A stretch of 64,000 nt of DNA from positions 5,766,001 through 5,830,000 of the forward strand of contig OZ024755.1 in NCBI GenBank assembly GCA_964016885.1, in the 5' to 3' direction. Position 1 is the first letter of the stretch; the number at the start of each line of letters is the position of its first letter. Of this stretch, positions 29,628-46,708 are shown one piece after another. Under the pieces are notes generated by a model. The model worked only from the letters and a program-made list of their open reading frames with translations, did not search any database and was not told the DNA's origin. Position numbers and translations under genes: made by a program. The DNA is from Eledone cirrhosa (lineage: Eukaryota).

Positions 29628-30997
29628 TAGTTTATATAGAGAGTAATGTTTCGAAAATGGGGGTTGATGGTTATATGAAAAACAAAGAAAAAAGAATTAG
29701 GTTATATAGTGCGGTGCCTCGAAGGTAGATTTGATGGTTATATGATAAAGTGTTATAGAAAGCGTTGTCTCGAAGTTACTATGTCCCCTCTTCCATAAGA
29801 ATATACATTCAATCGATTATATGCGCTGAATCTTACGAGATGTGCCTTATGTTACAGAAGAAACTTTATTACGCTGTACCTCCATCTCAATAAAAAGTTG
29901 CCTTCTGCTTATTCAAATATTGCATTATATATTTGTACCGTTTTTATTTGCAATTCAGCGGTCTATACTAATGGGAGGACATTTTGAAAAACTACGTTTC
30001 AATGTCCAACTATGAAGATATTAAAACTAGACACGGTTCAATAAAAAGAAAGTGAATAAATGAGAAATAACGAAATATTTGAAGTGAATACCATTGAGAT
30101 TTAATTACATCCATTCCTCCTTTGACCCAATCTAATATATTCGCTTGTTTAAATTGTGATTCTTGTGTAAATGGACTGGCTGTAAATTGAAAACTCATCA
30201 CACGGAAGCAATGGCGACAACAGACCGCATTGCGAGAAATCTTGCTATGGTACACGACGCCATTTAACTTGCTAGACTAACGACAGTTAATAGTAGCAAA
30301 CCACAACCAACCCCACTCCACATACATTCTTTATGTTTATCCCCAAGGGATAGTTCATATAATTTCACGTAAGTCAACTACTACTATAACTTCGTTTAAC
30401 GATTTTTTTTTTCTTTATCGTTTGTTCTGAATTCATTTAGAAGTAATAATACAACTTTCAGCGCTGTACAAAATGTGAGTTACTGACGTAGCGCGTCTCA
30501 TAGCCGACATTGATTATTAGTTCTAGAAATTTCGTCAACGTTATCTCGACAGAGTATTACATGTATGGTCCCGTAACTCCTGAAGGGGTTGGAGGAGTGC
30601 CGTACTGATATTTCTTGGGTATTTTAAACCTGGCGGGGACCCCTCTACTCTCTAGGTTTGAATACAGCAGATTTCTTCCAGAGAAGGATAGAGAGAGAGT
30701 GAGGGATCGGAAGTGAGAGAGAAATATAGAGGAAGAATCGACTCCAGTACTTGATTAGTACTTTTTTATCGACTTCGAATGGATGAAAGGCAAAGTCGAC
30801 GACAGTGGGATTTGAACTCAGAGAGCTGAAACGAATACCGCAAAACATTCTGACTTTCCAACAACCCTGCCATTTTGCCAGGCGATTATTTATCTATACA
30901 CGACTTCAAATCCCACCCGAGGATATTACCCAGTGTGTACACAGAGTCTCTATGGAAGATCGTTGTGTTATATGGAGAGGCTACATGTTACAATAAC

Positions 30998-31185
30998 ATT
31001 GGTGGATTGACAGTATCGGTAGTGGGTCGGACGCCATGCTTTGACGTATAGAGTTACGGCCCTTGCCATTCTGAGTTTAAATCCCGCCGAGGTTAACTGT
31101 GCCTTTCATCCTTACGGGGTCGATAAAATAAAGTACTAGTAATACACTGGGTAATTGCTGGCCTTGTGCCAATAGTAGAAACAAT
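30998..31185 (+). mobile_element. SINE family A
   Basis: Match to the family A consensus. Confidence 0.88.
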
Positions 31186-31454
31186 TATTTATCTATATAA
31201 TGAAGACCTTATTATATTGATAATACTAAGAAAGGATTATATAATTTAGAGTTATTGGGGAAAGAAATGACACTCGTATATTTTCCAATATGATAAGAGT
31301 AGCAGATGAAAGTAATTCAAATAGCAATCACTGTCAGATATTACCTTCACCGTGTTTTCATTTGACAGCAAAATTCTAGCTCAGTGAAGCAGTAAAATTG
31401 GGATATCGTGTCACAGAAATATCCTACTTTTATATCGATTATAACACTATGCCA

Positions 31455-31730
31455 CGAAGCATGGTGTCCGACGCTCTACCAAATACTGTCAACCCACCGG
31501 CCTCAAGTGATAGTGATAATAATTGTTTCTACTTTTAGCACAAGGCCAGCCATTATCCCAGTGCATTACTGGTACTTTATTTTATCGATCTCGTAAGGAT
31601 GAAAGGCAAAGCTAACCTCGACGGGATTTGAACTCAGAACGTAAAGGGCCGTAACACTAAGCCAACAAGCATTGTGTCCGATGCCGTAGCGATACTACTA
31701 ATCCACCGCCCTCAAGTGGTAGTGATAATA
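31455..31730 (-). mobile_element. SINE family A with duplicated head and flank
   Basis: ...ccaccg(g/c)cctcaagtg(a/g)tagtgataataa occurs at both ~31495 and ~31703. Confidence 0.85.
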
Positions 31731-32251
31731 ACGCTAGTATGTATTATATAACCTTTGACATACCGAAAACCAGGTCACGACCGCGTTTCAGCAAATTCCT
31801 TACATTGTCTCTTTACGGTGCACACTCAACTGCCTCAGTATGTATTTGGCATAGATTTGTTTTCTTCCGGCACACTCTTCAGTATTTCGTTTGTTTCCCG
31901 GTGAAAATCAATCGATATTAGGTATTGTATTTGGCACAGCTGTCAGCATACCTTGTTGATTGTAGTGGGAACATGTATATATTAATTACACCTGAAACAT
32001 GTCATTTCAAATCTCCTGGTACTGCCATGCTTATTCCGACCAAACACCAAACACTTCTTAATACCTATTGTCTACATCACTAGATTTATTTAACAGAATC
32101 GAAACCAAACGAAGAGTAGCACTTTACTGTGATGACAACATATGGAATTAAATCTCATACGTCGTTTCATAGCTTGTGTCCGTGTATGTGGGATTCCCTA
32201 TAGGTTTGTGTGCGTGCGTGTGTACATATATATATATAGGTGTGTGTCATC

Positions 32252-32548
<297 letters not shown>

Positions 32549-32697
32549 TTCCCTACAATACTGTATATATGTGTGTGTGAGTGCGTTCGTGTGATTCTCT
32601 ACAGGAGTGTATGAGTGATTCTACGTGATTGTATGTGTGTGTGATTTTGTACATGATTGTATGTGTGTGTGTGTGTGTTATGCTTGTGTGTGTCTGT

Positions 32698-32760
<63 letters not shown>

Positions 32761-33209
32761 ATTCTTCATATCTATTGAAGAGAAGCTATCGTAAGATACC
32801 ATATTGTAGAGCCAATGTAGGTATTACAAGTTTGAAGCTATCGTAAGATATCATATTGTAGAGCCAATGTTGGATATTTCTAATTTGACATTTTCTTTGT
32901 CTTAATGTTGCTGTTATCGTAGTTGCTGATGGTTATTATTCTATGATAGAGCAGCAAGCATACGATCGAAGACGTCAGGCGTGACCATCCCACCTTATCA
33001 AACATGGCACACCCAGTCTACACTGTAGAATATGTTGTTCTTGAGCAAGACACTTTATTTCACTCGGCTATATACAAATTAGTCTTACTTGTAGGATCAG
33101 CTTTGTCAGTCTTTGTGTCACACAAAGGCTGACAAAGCTTATAAGACGCGGGGTGATTTTCTGCGACATTTTTTGGAAAGCAAATTGCGTCTTATAAGCC
33201 GTCACATAC

Positions 33210-33256
<47 letters not shown>

Positions 33257-33430
33257 AATAATAATAAATGTGAAGACTAAAATCCAAAGAGGGCTCGATA
33301 AGGATAAATATATATATATCAAATATATAAGAACCCTAGAGCAAATATTTATTAAAATAACAAATTAAAGTTTAAGCAAAGAATCGCTGCTTTCATATAT
33401 ATGTTTGTGGTGTGTGTGTGTATGTATGTA

Positions 33431-33492
<62 letters not shown>

Positions 33493-34285
33493 ATGGCGTC
33501 TCACTAAAAGTGTATATAAATCCTACATTTTAGTTATAACAAGTCCTAAGATCGAATGAACATTTTTAGAATAGGCTGTGTAAATTGTGTAACACCCATT
33601 TCGAACTTTTGCTTTCCAAGTTCTTCATTTACAGTTATCATCATCATCACTGTTGCTGTTTTTGTTATTATTTTTATCATTTTATTTTATTATATTTTAT
33701 CTCATACCTTCCTGTACAGAACCGCATTACTTGAAGTAAAATTATAAGATTCAACATGTGTGATGTTAATAGATAAACGAAGGTCTGAAATTACACAAGA
33801 AACACGGTTTTATATGTTTATTTGTGCACATACTTCCATGTTCTAATAAACCCACAGCTAAACTCACATCAACTTCCTAAAGCAAAAACATGACAAATTT
33901 TCTGCCTCATTGACATTGAATGCTAGGCGGGAATGGCAAACACAATGACTGTCGGAGCGGAGGAACACACGTATCATACAGACATACACCTACATAAAAA
34001 TACATACAAACGCAGAGTAGATTTTCTTACACATATATATATACACATATACATATACATATATATATATATAGATACATTAGATATAATTGTGTACTTG
34101 TAATGTACACACACACAAATAGATATGCATACATGTGTGTGTATATATATATATTTACATATATACATTTATTTATGTACTTGTATGCACACACACATAT
34201 GTAGATATACATACATATATATACATACATACATGTATATATGTAGATATACATACATATATATATATACATCTATATATGTAGA

Positions 34286-34334
<49 letters not shown>

Positions 34335-34543
34335 ATATGTAGATATTTATATATATATATATATATATATACATACATGTATATAGATATTTATATATAT
34401 ATACACATATATACATATATATACATACATGTATATAGATATTTATATATATATATACACATATATACATATATATACATACATGTATATAGATATTTAT
34501 ATATATATACATATATATACATACATGTATATATGTAGATATT

Positions 34544-34575
<32 letters not shown>

Positions 34576-34908
34576 CATATGTAGATATACATACATGTAT
34601 ATATACATACATGTATATATGTAGATATGTATATCTATATATATATATATAGATATACATATGTATATATATATAGATATACATATATATATATATATAT
34701 ACATACATATATATATATATATACATACATATATGTAGATATACATATATATATATACATAGATATACATATATATATATATACATACATATATATATGT
34801 AGATATACATATATATATATATACATACATACATACATGTAGATATACATATATATATATAGATATACATACATAATAGGTATATAGATATATATATAAG
34901 TATACATT

Positions 34909-34959
<51 letters not shown>

Positions 34960-35236
34960 ATCATAGATATAAACATACAGATATACAGCGAATACGTTTG
35001 TATGCATAGATGGTTATATGGAAACATATGCATGTTCGAGCATAATTTGAAATATTAGGAATTTCCATAAATTCACACGTAAATTACATAAATTTATGTT
35101 GCGCTGCATTCATGCATCCATAGAAATTTCTGTCTCTCTGTGTTTGCTATGAATTTCAACAAACATGATATGTGAGAATACGACATCATGATACACTACC
35201 TGTTTAAATGATACACAACCTATTTAAATATGAAAT

Positions 35237-35417
35237 AATTGTTTCTACTTTTGGCACAATTACCCAGTGTGTTACTGGTACTTTATTTTATCGACCCCGT
35301 AAGGATGAAAGGCAAAGTTAACCTCGGCGAGATTTGAACTCAGAATCGAAAGGGCCGTAACTCTATACGTCAAAGCATGGCGTCCGACCCTCTACCGATA
35401 CTGCCAATCCACCGCCC
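35237..35417 (-). mobile_element. SINE family A
   Basis: Match to the family A consensus. Confidence 0.9.
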
Positions 35418-35678
35418 TGTATTATTTTAATATAAATAATACATACAAGTGGATGGGCCTTCGTCAACGACGGCGATGGTGGTTACCTTTGTTTTATCAA
35501 AGGAATGGACTGCTCCTAAGATTAAAGTGTAAGTGGCTGAGCATTTCACGAAAACATGTACTACCCGTGAGCTAATTCTGAAAGAGATTTAGGGTGACAG
35601 TGTACGTGGCAAGGATGACTCGTCAAATTACAGGTAGCGTCTATCCGACAGGTTTTCAGGATGTTTTTGTCTATGTGT

Positions 35679-35895
35679 GAAGGCGTGTGGCTGAGTGGTT
35701 AGAGAATTGGATTCGCAATCGTAAGGTTGTGAGTTCGATTCCTGGACCAGGCGATGCGTTATGTCCTTGAGCAAGACACTTTATTTCACGTTGCTCCTTC
35801 TACCTGGAGTTGTGACCGATAGATAGTATTAGCAATTGGAAAGACCAACGGAAACATTGTTCCCTCAGTCCGATTTGACGAAAGTCGATCGTTCC
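35679..35895 (+). mobile_element. SINE family B, near full length
   Basis: GGCGTGTGGCTGAGTGGTTAGAG (A box), GAGTTCGATTCC (B box), tgtccttgagcaagacactt, ending in a T-run. Confidence 0.9.
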
Positions 35896-36489
35896 TTTTT
35901 TTTGTCTAACAAATTTCACTCACTTGGCTTCGGTGTATCGGTGGCTAAGGTAAATAATATTTGTTTAAGATGACACGCGTGAGCTTCTAAGTTTACGTCT
36001 AAGTTTAAGTAAACAATGGAAGGTAAAGTTACCCTCAGCAAGATTTGAACTTAAGCGAGCAAAGAGAGGGAATATAAAACCAAGGCGTTTAACCCGACAC
36101 TTTAAGGACTCTGTCATCGCTGAGGGTCTACTCTATGTGGTACTTTATATTTGTGTGAGGTGGCGAATTGCAAGAGTCGTTAGAAGGTCGGATAGAATGT
36201 TTTGTGGTATGTGTTGTGACTCTCTACTCTCTGAGTTCAAATCCAGCCGAGGTCAATTTTTCCTCTCATCCTTGCGAGGTCGATAATACTAGTTTCATAC
36301 TGGTGTCGATTCTTCCTCTATATCACTTCCTCACTTCCATTCTCTCCCAATCTATCCTTATCGAGAAGAAATCACCTGTGGTCACACCTGAAGAGATGGG
36401 CTGAAAATGCCCAAGAAACACCATATGCCATTGCGGTGTCACTACGACTCCCTCTGGAATTACGGGATGATACCATGGCATATATATAT

Positions 36490-36592
36490 ATAAAACAAAG
36501 AAGGTGTGGCAAGATACCAGGTGGACCATAACGCATCAGAGTACTCAATACTGAGGGTAGTAGAGTGGGTAATAGGGTACTGATTCTTTTCC
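36490..36592 (+). mobile_element. leader-only copy of the hairpin element
   Basis: ggtggaccataacgcatcagagtactcaatactgagggtagtagagtgggtaatagg without the palindrome. Confidence 0.8.
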
Positions 36593-37041
36593 TATATATA
36601 TATAGTTTCAGAAGATCCCGTTAAGGGTGAAAGCAGCGATTCTTTGTTTAAACTTTAATCTGTTATTTTAATAAATATTTGCTCTACGCTTCTTATATAT
36701 TTGATATATATTTATCCTTATTGAGCCCTCTTTGGGTTTTAGTCTTCATATTTATTATTATTACTCTGTGTGGGTGTGTGCGTCCCGTTTTTCTCATTTA
36801 TGAAATGCTGAATCTATATACCTAAAGGTTTTATTCTAGATATCTAACGATGTTCAAGAGTAATGAAGAAGCAGACTAAATGTGTGGATCTGACAGATCA
36901 GGAATCGTGGTCATTCCTCCGAAACTAGGTTGAAATACCAAACCTTCAGTGATTAAACAGATGTACCAAAGATTAACTTTAAAATATCACTAGACAGATA
37001 CTCGAGTGCAAAATACACACGTGTATACATATAGGACTCAT

Positions 37042-37082
<41 letters not shown>

Positions 37083-37187
37083 AAACTCGAATTATATACA
37101 GCAAAATTAAATGTGTATACATACATATATATATATATATATATAGCTGGAAATCTATACAGTAATATCAAATGTGTGTACATACAT

Positions 37188-37241
<54 letters not shown>

Positions 37242-37432
37242 GGGCAGACAGACGCACTGAATATCATTAAATTTGCGTATTTAATCTCCTATAGTGATAA
37301 AACTGTCTTTATATTATATTTCACATCATCTGGCACAACTTTATATCACATCTCAACAAGTCTCGAGCTCGCATTAACGGCAGATTTATAAGCCTGCCTT
37401 TCATTGAGATCTGGTTTAAATTTCTGAGAATA

Positions 37433-37435
<3 letters not shown>

Positions 37436-37463
<28 letters not shown>

Positions 37464-37469
37464 TCAGAC

Positions 37470-37538
<69 letters not shown>

Positions 37539-37772
37539 TATATATACACATATATATATATATATATATACACATATATATATATATATACACATATATA
37601 TATATATACACACATATATATATATATACACATATATATATATATACACATATATATATATATATATACACATATATATATATATATATACCTATATGTA
37701 TATACCTATATGTATATACATATATATATATACATACATATACCTATGTGTATATACATATATATATATACC

Positions 37773-37809
<37 letters not shown>

Positions 37810-37902
37810 ATGTGTATATACATATATATATATACCTATGTGTATATACATATATATATACCTATGTGTATATACATATATATATATATATATACCTACG
37901 TG

Positions 37903-37953
<51 letters not shown>

Positions 37954-37958
37954 ACGTG

Positions 37959-37991
<33 letters not shown>

Positions 37992-38076
37992 CTACGTGTA
38001 TATACATATATATATATACATATATATACATATGTATGTATATATATATATATATATGTGTGTATATATATATATA

Positions 38077-38107
<31 letters not shown>

Positions 38108-38134
38108 GTGTATATATATATATATATATATGTG

Positions 38135-38168
<34 letters not shown>

Positions 38169-38172
38169 TGTG

Positions 38173-38205
<33 letters not shown>

Positions 38206-38779
38206 GTATATATATATGTTTATATATATATGTGTATATATATATGTATATATATATGTATATATATATGTGTATATATATATATATATATATGTGTATA
38301 TATATATGTGTATATATAACTTTGAATAACTTTGAAATGTTTTGGCCAGTATTGGCCCAGGCCATGTCTAACTTAATAGCACCACCTGGCGAAGTCTTTT
38401 ATTCAGGATTTGGGCACCATGGCCCATTCGAGAAGAGAATTACTGTTTGCGGAGACATATCCGGGTGTGGGTGGTTTGTCCGGGATTACTTGGAGGAATT
38501 TGTCCAAAGACTTCTTGAATTTTGTGTGGTCAGTTTCTGTTTTGACGTGTCCTGGTGTGATGTTGAAGAGAGCAGGGCCGATTGAGGTGAAATAATTGTG
38601 CCGTATTGTTGTTATGAGTTGCGATTTAGATTTTTGAATGGGACGGATAGCACGGGTCCCAAGCCTTGGGTGTATCTTGAAGGCGATGCCAACATCATTT
38701 GGGCAGTGATGATGGAACATTTTCCACATCATGCAGATAATATAACGCTCACGGCGACGTTGGAGTGAGTAAAGTTTAT

Positions 38780-38817
<38 letters not shown>

Positions 38818-38820
38818 GTG

Positions 38821-38851
<31 letters not shown>

Positions 38852-38943
38852 GTGTATATATATATATATATGTATATATATATGTGTATATATATATATA
38901 TATGTATATATATATGTGTATATATATATATATATGTATATAT

Positions 38944-39018
<75 letters not shown>

Positions 39019-39125
39019 TATGTATATACATATGTATATACATATGTATATACATATGTATATATATATGTGTATATACATATATGTACATACATATATA
39101 TATATATGTGTGTGTGTGTGTATGT
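37436..39125. repeat. long cryptic (TA)n/(CA)n tract hosting a LINE fragment
   Basis: Direct inspection. Confidence 0.95.
38317..38777 (-). mobile_element. 5'-truncated CR1/L2-group LINE 3' end (ORF2 C-terminus, 3'UTR and short tandem tail)
   Basis: Open frame [19 protein letters not shown]...GPALFN...[32 protein letters not shown], typical of post-RT C-termini. The tail is (TTCAAAGTTA)2 and the fragment is inserted in (TA)n. Confidence 0.85.
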
Positions 39126-39404
39126 GTATTCTATCCTGGACTAGTACTGGTAATATATAATATATAATATATTATCAAACCTTATTTGTTCATGAAAAAC
39201 ACGTAATTATTTATATTGTTGCAGTTAATTCTTGTCATAAAAACAGTTTCATTGTAATACTTTAAGTATATTTTCCAATCACAACATTACATTCTGTATT
39301 TCTGGTTCCTTTATTGTGACAGAACATTTCACACCTTATATTACATGAACAATAATAGCTTACCTCAACTTTCTTATTAATAATTTTAAGGCAATATCGC
39401 TAAA

Positions 39405-39595
39405 GTGAAGGACGACATGATTTATGGGATAGATTTACGCGTCTTTACGATCTCTGTTCAAATCCTGTCGAGGTTAACTTTGCCTTTCATCCTTACGGGG
39501 TCGATAAAAATTAAAGTACCAGTTATTCACTGGAATCAATTTAATCGACCTTCTCTTGCCCTCAAAATTGTTGGCCGTGTTTCTAAATCAGAAGC
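39405..39595 (+). mobile_element. SINE family A (older)
   Basis: gttcaaatcc...gcctttcatccttacggggtcgataaaa. Confidence 0.75.
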
Positions 39596-39877
39596 CAATA
39601 ATGTTAAGGCGTGCATGAGAAAGATGGGATGTGTGGACCAATCAGAGTTAGGATAAATATTACGACATTTGTAGACAAGCTTATAGTGTATGGTGGATGA
39701 AACCATGTTATCCTCCTTCTCCATTGTTTAATATCTACATACTTACTTACTCTCTCACATATATATATAAGAACATGAGGAGGTTTTTTTTTAAATGAAA
39801 AAAAAACGAGATGTCCTACTCGAGTGAAAGTATAAGGAAAAAAGATGAAATCGAAAATGCAACTTAAGTCTTTTTAA

Positions 39878-40040
39878 GAATATTTATTTGTTTCCTTTAC
39901 CCGTTTCACAGTTTTTATGCTTTTCAAAAGTAGAATTGAGATGGAGGTTTGTGGTTTTCCTCGCACAAAACCTCCATCTCAATTCTACTTTTGAAAAGTA
40001 TAAGAACTGTGAAACCGGTAAAGGAAACAAATAAATATTT
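39878..40040. repeat. ~160-bp palindrome (foldback element)
   Basis: aatatttatttgtttcctttacccgtttcacagt...gagatggaggtttgtg / cacaaaacctccatctc...actgtgaaaccggtaaaggaaacaaataaatatt. Confidence 0.9.
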
Positions 40041-40259
40041 GACGGAATTATACTCGTGTTCCTCTTATCACCTCTTTTTCCTTCTCTGTCACCTTTTTCT
40101 TCTGTTTGATTCTTTATATTGTCGTCATCACACCTCGCCGCCTCAACACCACCACATTAACAACAATAACATAATCAACAAAAATCGCCGTTATCAGTCC
40201 CGTCACCATCACCATCATCACCCCACCACCATCATCACTATTATCATGATCATCATAAT

Positions 40260-40604
40260 CAGGACCACAACCACTACTGCTACTACCGCTACTACTCCTA
40301 CCACCACAACCACTACTGCTACTACCACCACCACTATTGTTGCTACTACTACCACTACCTCTATTGCTACTACTACTACCACTACCACCACTATTGCTAC
40401 TACTACTACTACCACAACCTCTATTGCTACTACTACTACTACTACCACCCCCACTATTGCTACTACTACTACTACCACTATTACTACTACTACTACCACT
40501 ATTACTACTACTACCACCACCACTATTACTACTACTACCACCACCACTATTACTACTACTACCACCACCACTATTGCTACTACTACTACTACCACAACCA
40601 CTAT

Positions 40605-40637
<33 letters not shown>

Positions 40638-41412
40638 CACGACCACTACTACTACTACTACTACTACCACGACCACTATTACTACTACTACTACCACAAC
40701 CACTATTGCTACTACCACCACCACTATTGCTACTACTACTACTACTACCACCACCACTATTGCTACTACTACTACTACTACCACAACCACTATTACTACT
40801 ACTACTACCACCACCACTATTGCTACTACTACTACTACTACCACAACCACTATTACTACTACTACTACCACGACCACTATTGCTACTACCACCACCACCA
40901 CTATTGCTACTACTACTACTACCACCACCACTATTGCTACTACTACTACTACTACCACAACCACTATTGCTACTACTACTACCACAACCACTACTACTAC
41001 TACCACCACCACCACTATTGCTACTACTACTACCACCACCACCACTATTGCTACTACTACTACTACCACCACCACTATTGCTACTACTACTACTACTACC
41101 ACAACCACTATTACTACTACTACTACCACAACCACTATTGCTACTACCACCACCACCACTATTGCTACTACTACTACTACCACCACCACTATTGCTACTA
41201 CTACTACTACTACCACAACCACTATTGCTACTACTACTACCACAACCACTACTACTACTACCACCACCACCACTATTGCTACTACTACTACTACCACCAC
41301 CACTATTGCTACTACTACTACTACTACTACCACAACCACTATTGCTACTACCACCACCACTGGTACTACTACCACCACCACCACCACCACCACCACTACT
41401 ACTACTACTACT
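40260..41412. repeat. (ACT/ACC)n trinucleotide satellite with a higher-order ATTGCT punctuation
   Basis: Produces the poly-Thr, poly-Val and poly-Leu/Pro ORFs. Confidence 0.95.
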
Positions 41413-41529
41413 TGGTAGTAGCAGCAGCAGCAGTCAAAGCGTTATTGATTAATTACGCTGGAAAGTAGAACAACTGCAAGTATTTCTTCTCCAAGTGGTT
41501 TAATCCCAGCATCTCCCTCTCTCCCTCTC

Positions 41530-43500
<1,971 letters not shown>

Positions 43501-43556
43501 AATTTCTCAAAATTGTTACTTATTGGAATTTCCTTCTATTATTATCCTGGAGAAAG

Positions 43557-43748
43557 GGGTGGTGGAATGATAGAATCGGTAGAGTGTCGGACAACAAGCT
43601 TTACGACATAGAGTTACGGCCCTTTACGTTCTGAGTTCAAATCCCGCCGAGGTTAGCTTTGCCTTTCATCCTTACGGGGTTGATACAATAAAGTACCAGT
43701 AATGTACTGGGTATTTGCTGGCCATGTGCCAATAGTAGAAACAATTAT
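43557..43748 (+). mobile_element. SINE family A
   Basis: Match to the family A consensus. Confidence 0.88.
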
Positions 43749-44074
43749 TATCCTGGTGAAAAATATAAACAAAACTGCTGCTAGAGGTTCACATGACCTG
43801 CTAGAAATAAAAGCCAAAACCTCTTATAAATTGCTCTGGACCATAGTAGAAACATTAAGTACATTTTCGATAATGAAATCCTAAAAAGCACTAATTTGGC
43901 CGGAATGTTATTTTTTTAAAGCATTTTTTTGTTGATTAATACGTCGTGGCTGAGGGCTTAAGACTGATAAGAACGAGTATAAACGTTACAAATCCCCAAA
44001 TTTCCTCATTCTGAATTAAATAAGGTTTATTCTATATCTATGGATACCATCGCTTAGGAAACTCTAAGTAGGAA

Positions 44075-44390
44075 AATACGTGAAAAATATGGCGGCGGTG
44101 GTGTGGGAGAAAAAAAAACCTCAAATGCATTCGTTGCATTTAATTTTAAATTGTCTTTAATTAAATGTTGCCGGTAGTTGCTAAATCAAGGTTTTGTTCA
44201 AAATATTGTCATTAACACTGTTGTCATAATTTGAATTAATATTCCAGTTTAATAGGACGTAGTATAAGAATCACCTCCGGGTGAGAAAATTAGAAAAATA
44301 ATCGGAAAAAAAGAAGTGTAACTTCACGGTACAACATATATAACGAGACCAGAAAATATGGCGGAGAAGACAATTTTTCGGTAAGAAGAA
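44075..44390 (+). promoter_or_regulatory. putative promoter / first-exon region
   Basis: Two AAAATATGGCGG (YY1-like) motifs at ~44083 and ~44353, local CpG enrichment, and ATG GCG GAG AAG ACA ATT TTT CG|gtaaga with a good donor at 44381. Confidence 0.35.
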
Positions 44391-44609
44391 GAACAACAAC
44401 AGCAACAAATAAAGAAAAAATCCAAATAAAAAAAAGGAAAATAAAATGAAATTTCTAACTTAATTTAGGTTATGCTTTAAAGAAAAAAAATTAATAATAA
44501 AAACGAATCAATATACTTGTTATTGATGTTTTTATTTTTGTTAGAAAAATTGTTCGGATTGGTGGATAAGAGTGGTGGTGTGTGTGTGGCGGTAAATGTG
44601 TTTTTTAGT

Positions 44610-44887
44610 ATGTATGTGTGTGTGAGTGAGTATATATATATGTGTGTGTGTGTATGTGTGTGTGTGTGAATATATAAAAATATATATATATATGTGTGTG
44701 TGTGTGAATATATAAAAATATATATGTGTATAAAAAAATATATGTGTGTGTGTGAATATATAAAAATATATATATATGTGTGTGTGTGTATATATATGAA
44801 TATATATATGTGTGTGTGTGTGTGTGTATGTGTGTGTGTGTGTGTGTGTGTGAATATATATAAATATATATATATGTGTGTGTGTGA

Positions 44888-44956
<69 letters not shown>

Positions 44957-44957
44957 A

Positions 44958-44998
<41 letters not shown>

Positions 44999-45221
44999 AA
45001 TATATAAATATATATATATATAATATAAGATCAAAAGTTGGTTAAAGGAGTTCCATGTATTTTATTATGCGCATTTCAAAAACAAACATCATCATGCAAT
45101 AATATTTGTGTTTTCATCAGATAAAACAGGAGAACATGATATGAAGGCTAAAAAACACTTGTGGATAGTGCAATTTTAAATCAACATATATATATGTGTG
45201 TGTGAATATATGTGTGTGTGA

Positions 45222-45254
<33 letters not shown>

Positions 45255-45255
45255 A

Positions 45256-45304
<49 letters not shown>

Positions 45305-45559
45305 AATATATATAAATATATATATATGTGTGTGTGTGTGTGAATATATATAAATATATATATGTATGTGTGTGTGTGTGAATATATATAAATATATATA
45401 TATATATATGTGTGTGAATATATATAAATATATATATATATATATGTGTGTGTGTGAATATATATAAATATATATATATATATATGTGTGTGTGTGAATA
45501 TATATAAATATATATAAATATATATATATATGTATGTGAATATATATAAATATATATAA

Positions 45560-45639
<80 letters not shown>

Positions 45640-46015
45640 GAATATATATAAATATATATATATATGTGTGTGAATATATATAAATATATATATATATGTG
45701 TGTGTGTGTGAATATATATAATTATATATATATATATACGTGTGTGTATGAATATATATAAATATATATATATATGTGTGTGCGTGTGTGAATATATATA
45801 AATATATATATATATGTGTGTGTGAATATATATAAATATATATATATGTGTGTGTGTGTGAATATAAATAAATATATATATATGTGTGTGTGAATATATA
45901 TAAATATATATATATGTATGTGTGTGTGAATATATATAAATATATATAAATGTGTGTGTGTGTGAATATATATAAATATATATATATGTATGTGTGTGTG
46001 TGTGAATATATATAA

Positions 46016-46046
<31 letters not shown>

Positions 46047-46063
46047 AATATATATAAATATAA

Positions 46064-46103
<40 letters not shown>

Positions 46104-46153
46104 CTTTACATAAATATATATATATATATGTATATGTGTGTGTGTGACTATAA

Positions 46154-46190
<37 letters not shown>

Positions 46191-46241
46191 ACTATATATA
46201 AATATATATATATATATATGTGTGTGTGTGACTATATATAA

Positions 46242-46297
<56 letters not shown>

Positions 46298-46305
46298 ATA
46301 TATAA

Positions 46306-46346
<41 letters not shown>

Positions 46347-46617
46347 ACTATATATAAATATATATATATGTGTGTGTGTGTGAATATATATATATATGTA
46401 TGTGTGTGTGTGAATATATATAAATATATATATATAAGTATGTGTGTGTATGTGAATATATATAAATATATATATATAAGTGTGTGTGTGTGAATATATA
46501 TAAATATATATATATATGTGTGTGTGTGAATATATATAAATATGTGTGTGTGTGAATATATATAAATATGTGTGTGTGTGAATATATATAAATATGTGTG
46601 TGTGTGAATATATATAA

Positions 46618-46675
<58 letters not shown>
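44610..46675. repeat. compound (TG)nAA(TA)n microsatellite array
   Basis: Recurrent gtgtgaatatatataaatatata unit. Confidence 0.95.
45060..45126 (-). ncRNA. type-I minimal hammerhead ribozyme (intact)
   Basis: Minus strand: UUUUAU CUGAUGA aaacacaaau...uuuguuuuu GAAA ugcgca UA AUAAAA. It sits in a ~155-bp island within the microsatellite. Confidence 0.78.
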
Positions 46676-46680
<5 letters not shown>

Positions 46681-46708
46681 TTATGAAAGGTGGGTAGGGA
46701 CTGTCCCA

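Noticed and set aside
30190-30270. Minus-strand AAATGGCG start giving MASCTIARFLAMRSVVAIASV*
   Set aside because: It stops after 21 codons, with no convincing donor or downstream exon.
35679-35760. Possible tRNA gene
   Set aside because: It continues into a SINE body and occurs in several dispersed copies, so it is a tRNA-derived SINE head.
39949-41452. 489-aa Thr-rich mucin-like ORF and overlapping poly-Val and poly-Leu/Pro ORFs
   Set aside because: This is pure (ACT/ACC)n satellite, and the ORF start lies inside a foldback repeat. There is no splice or domain support.
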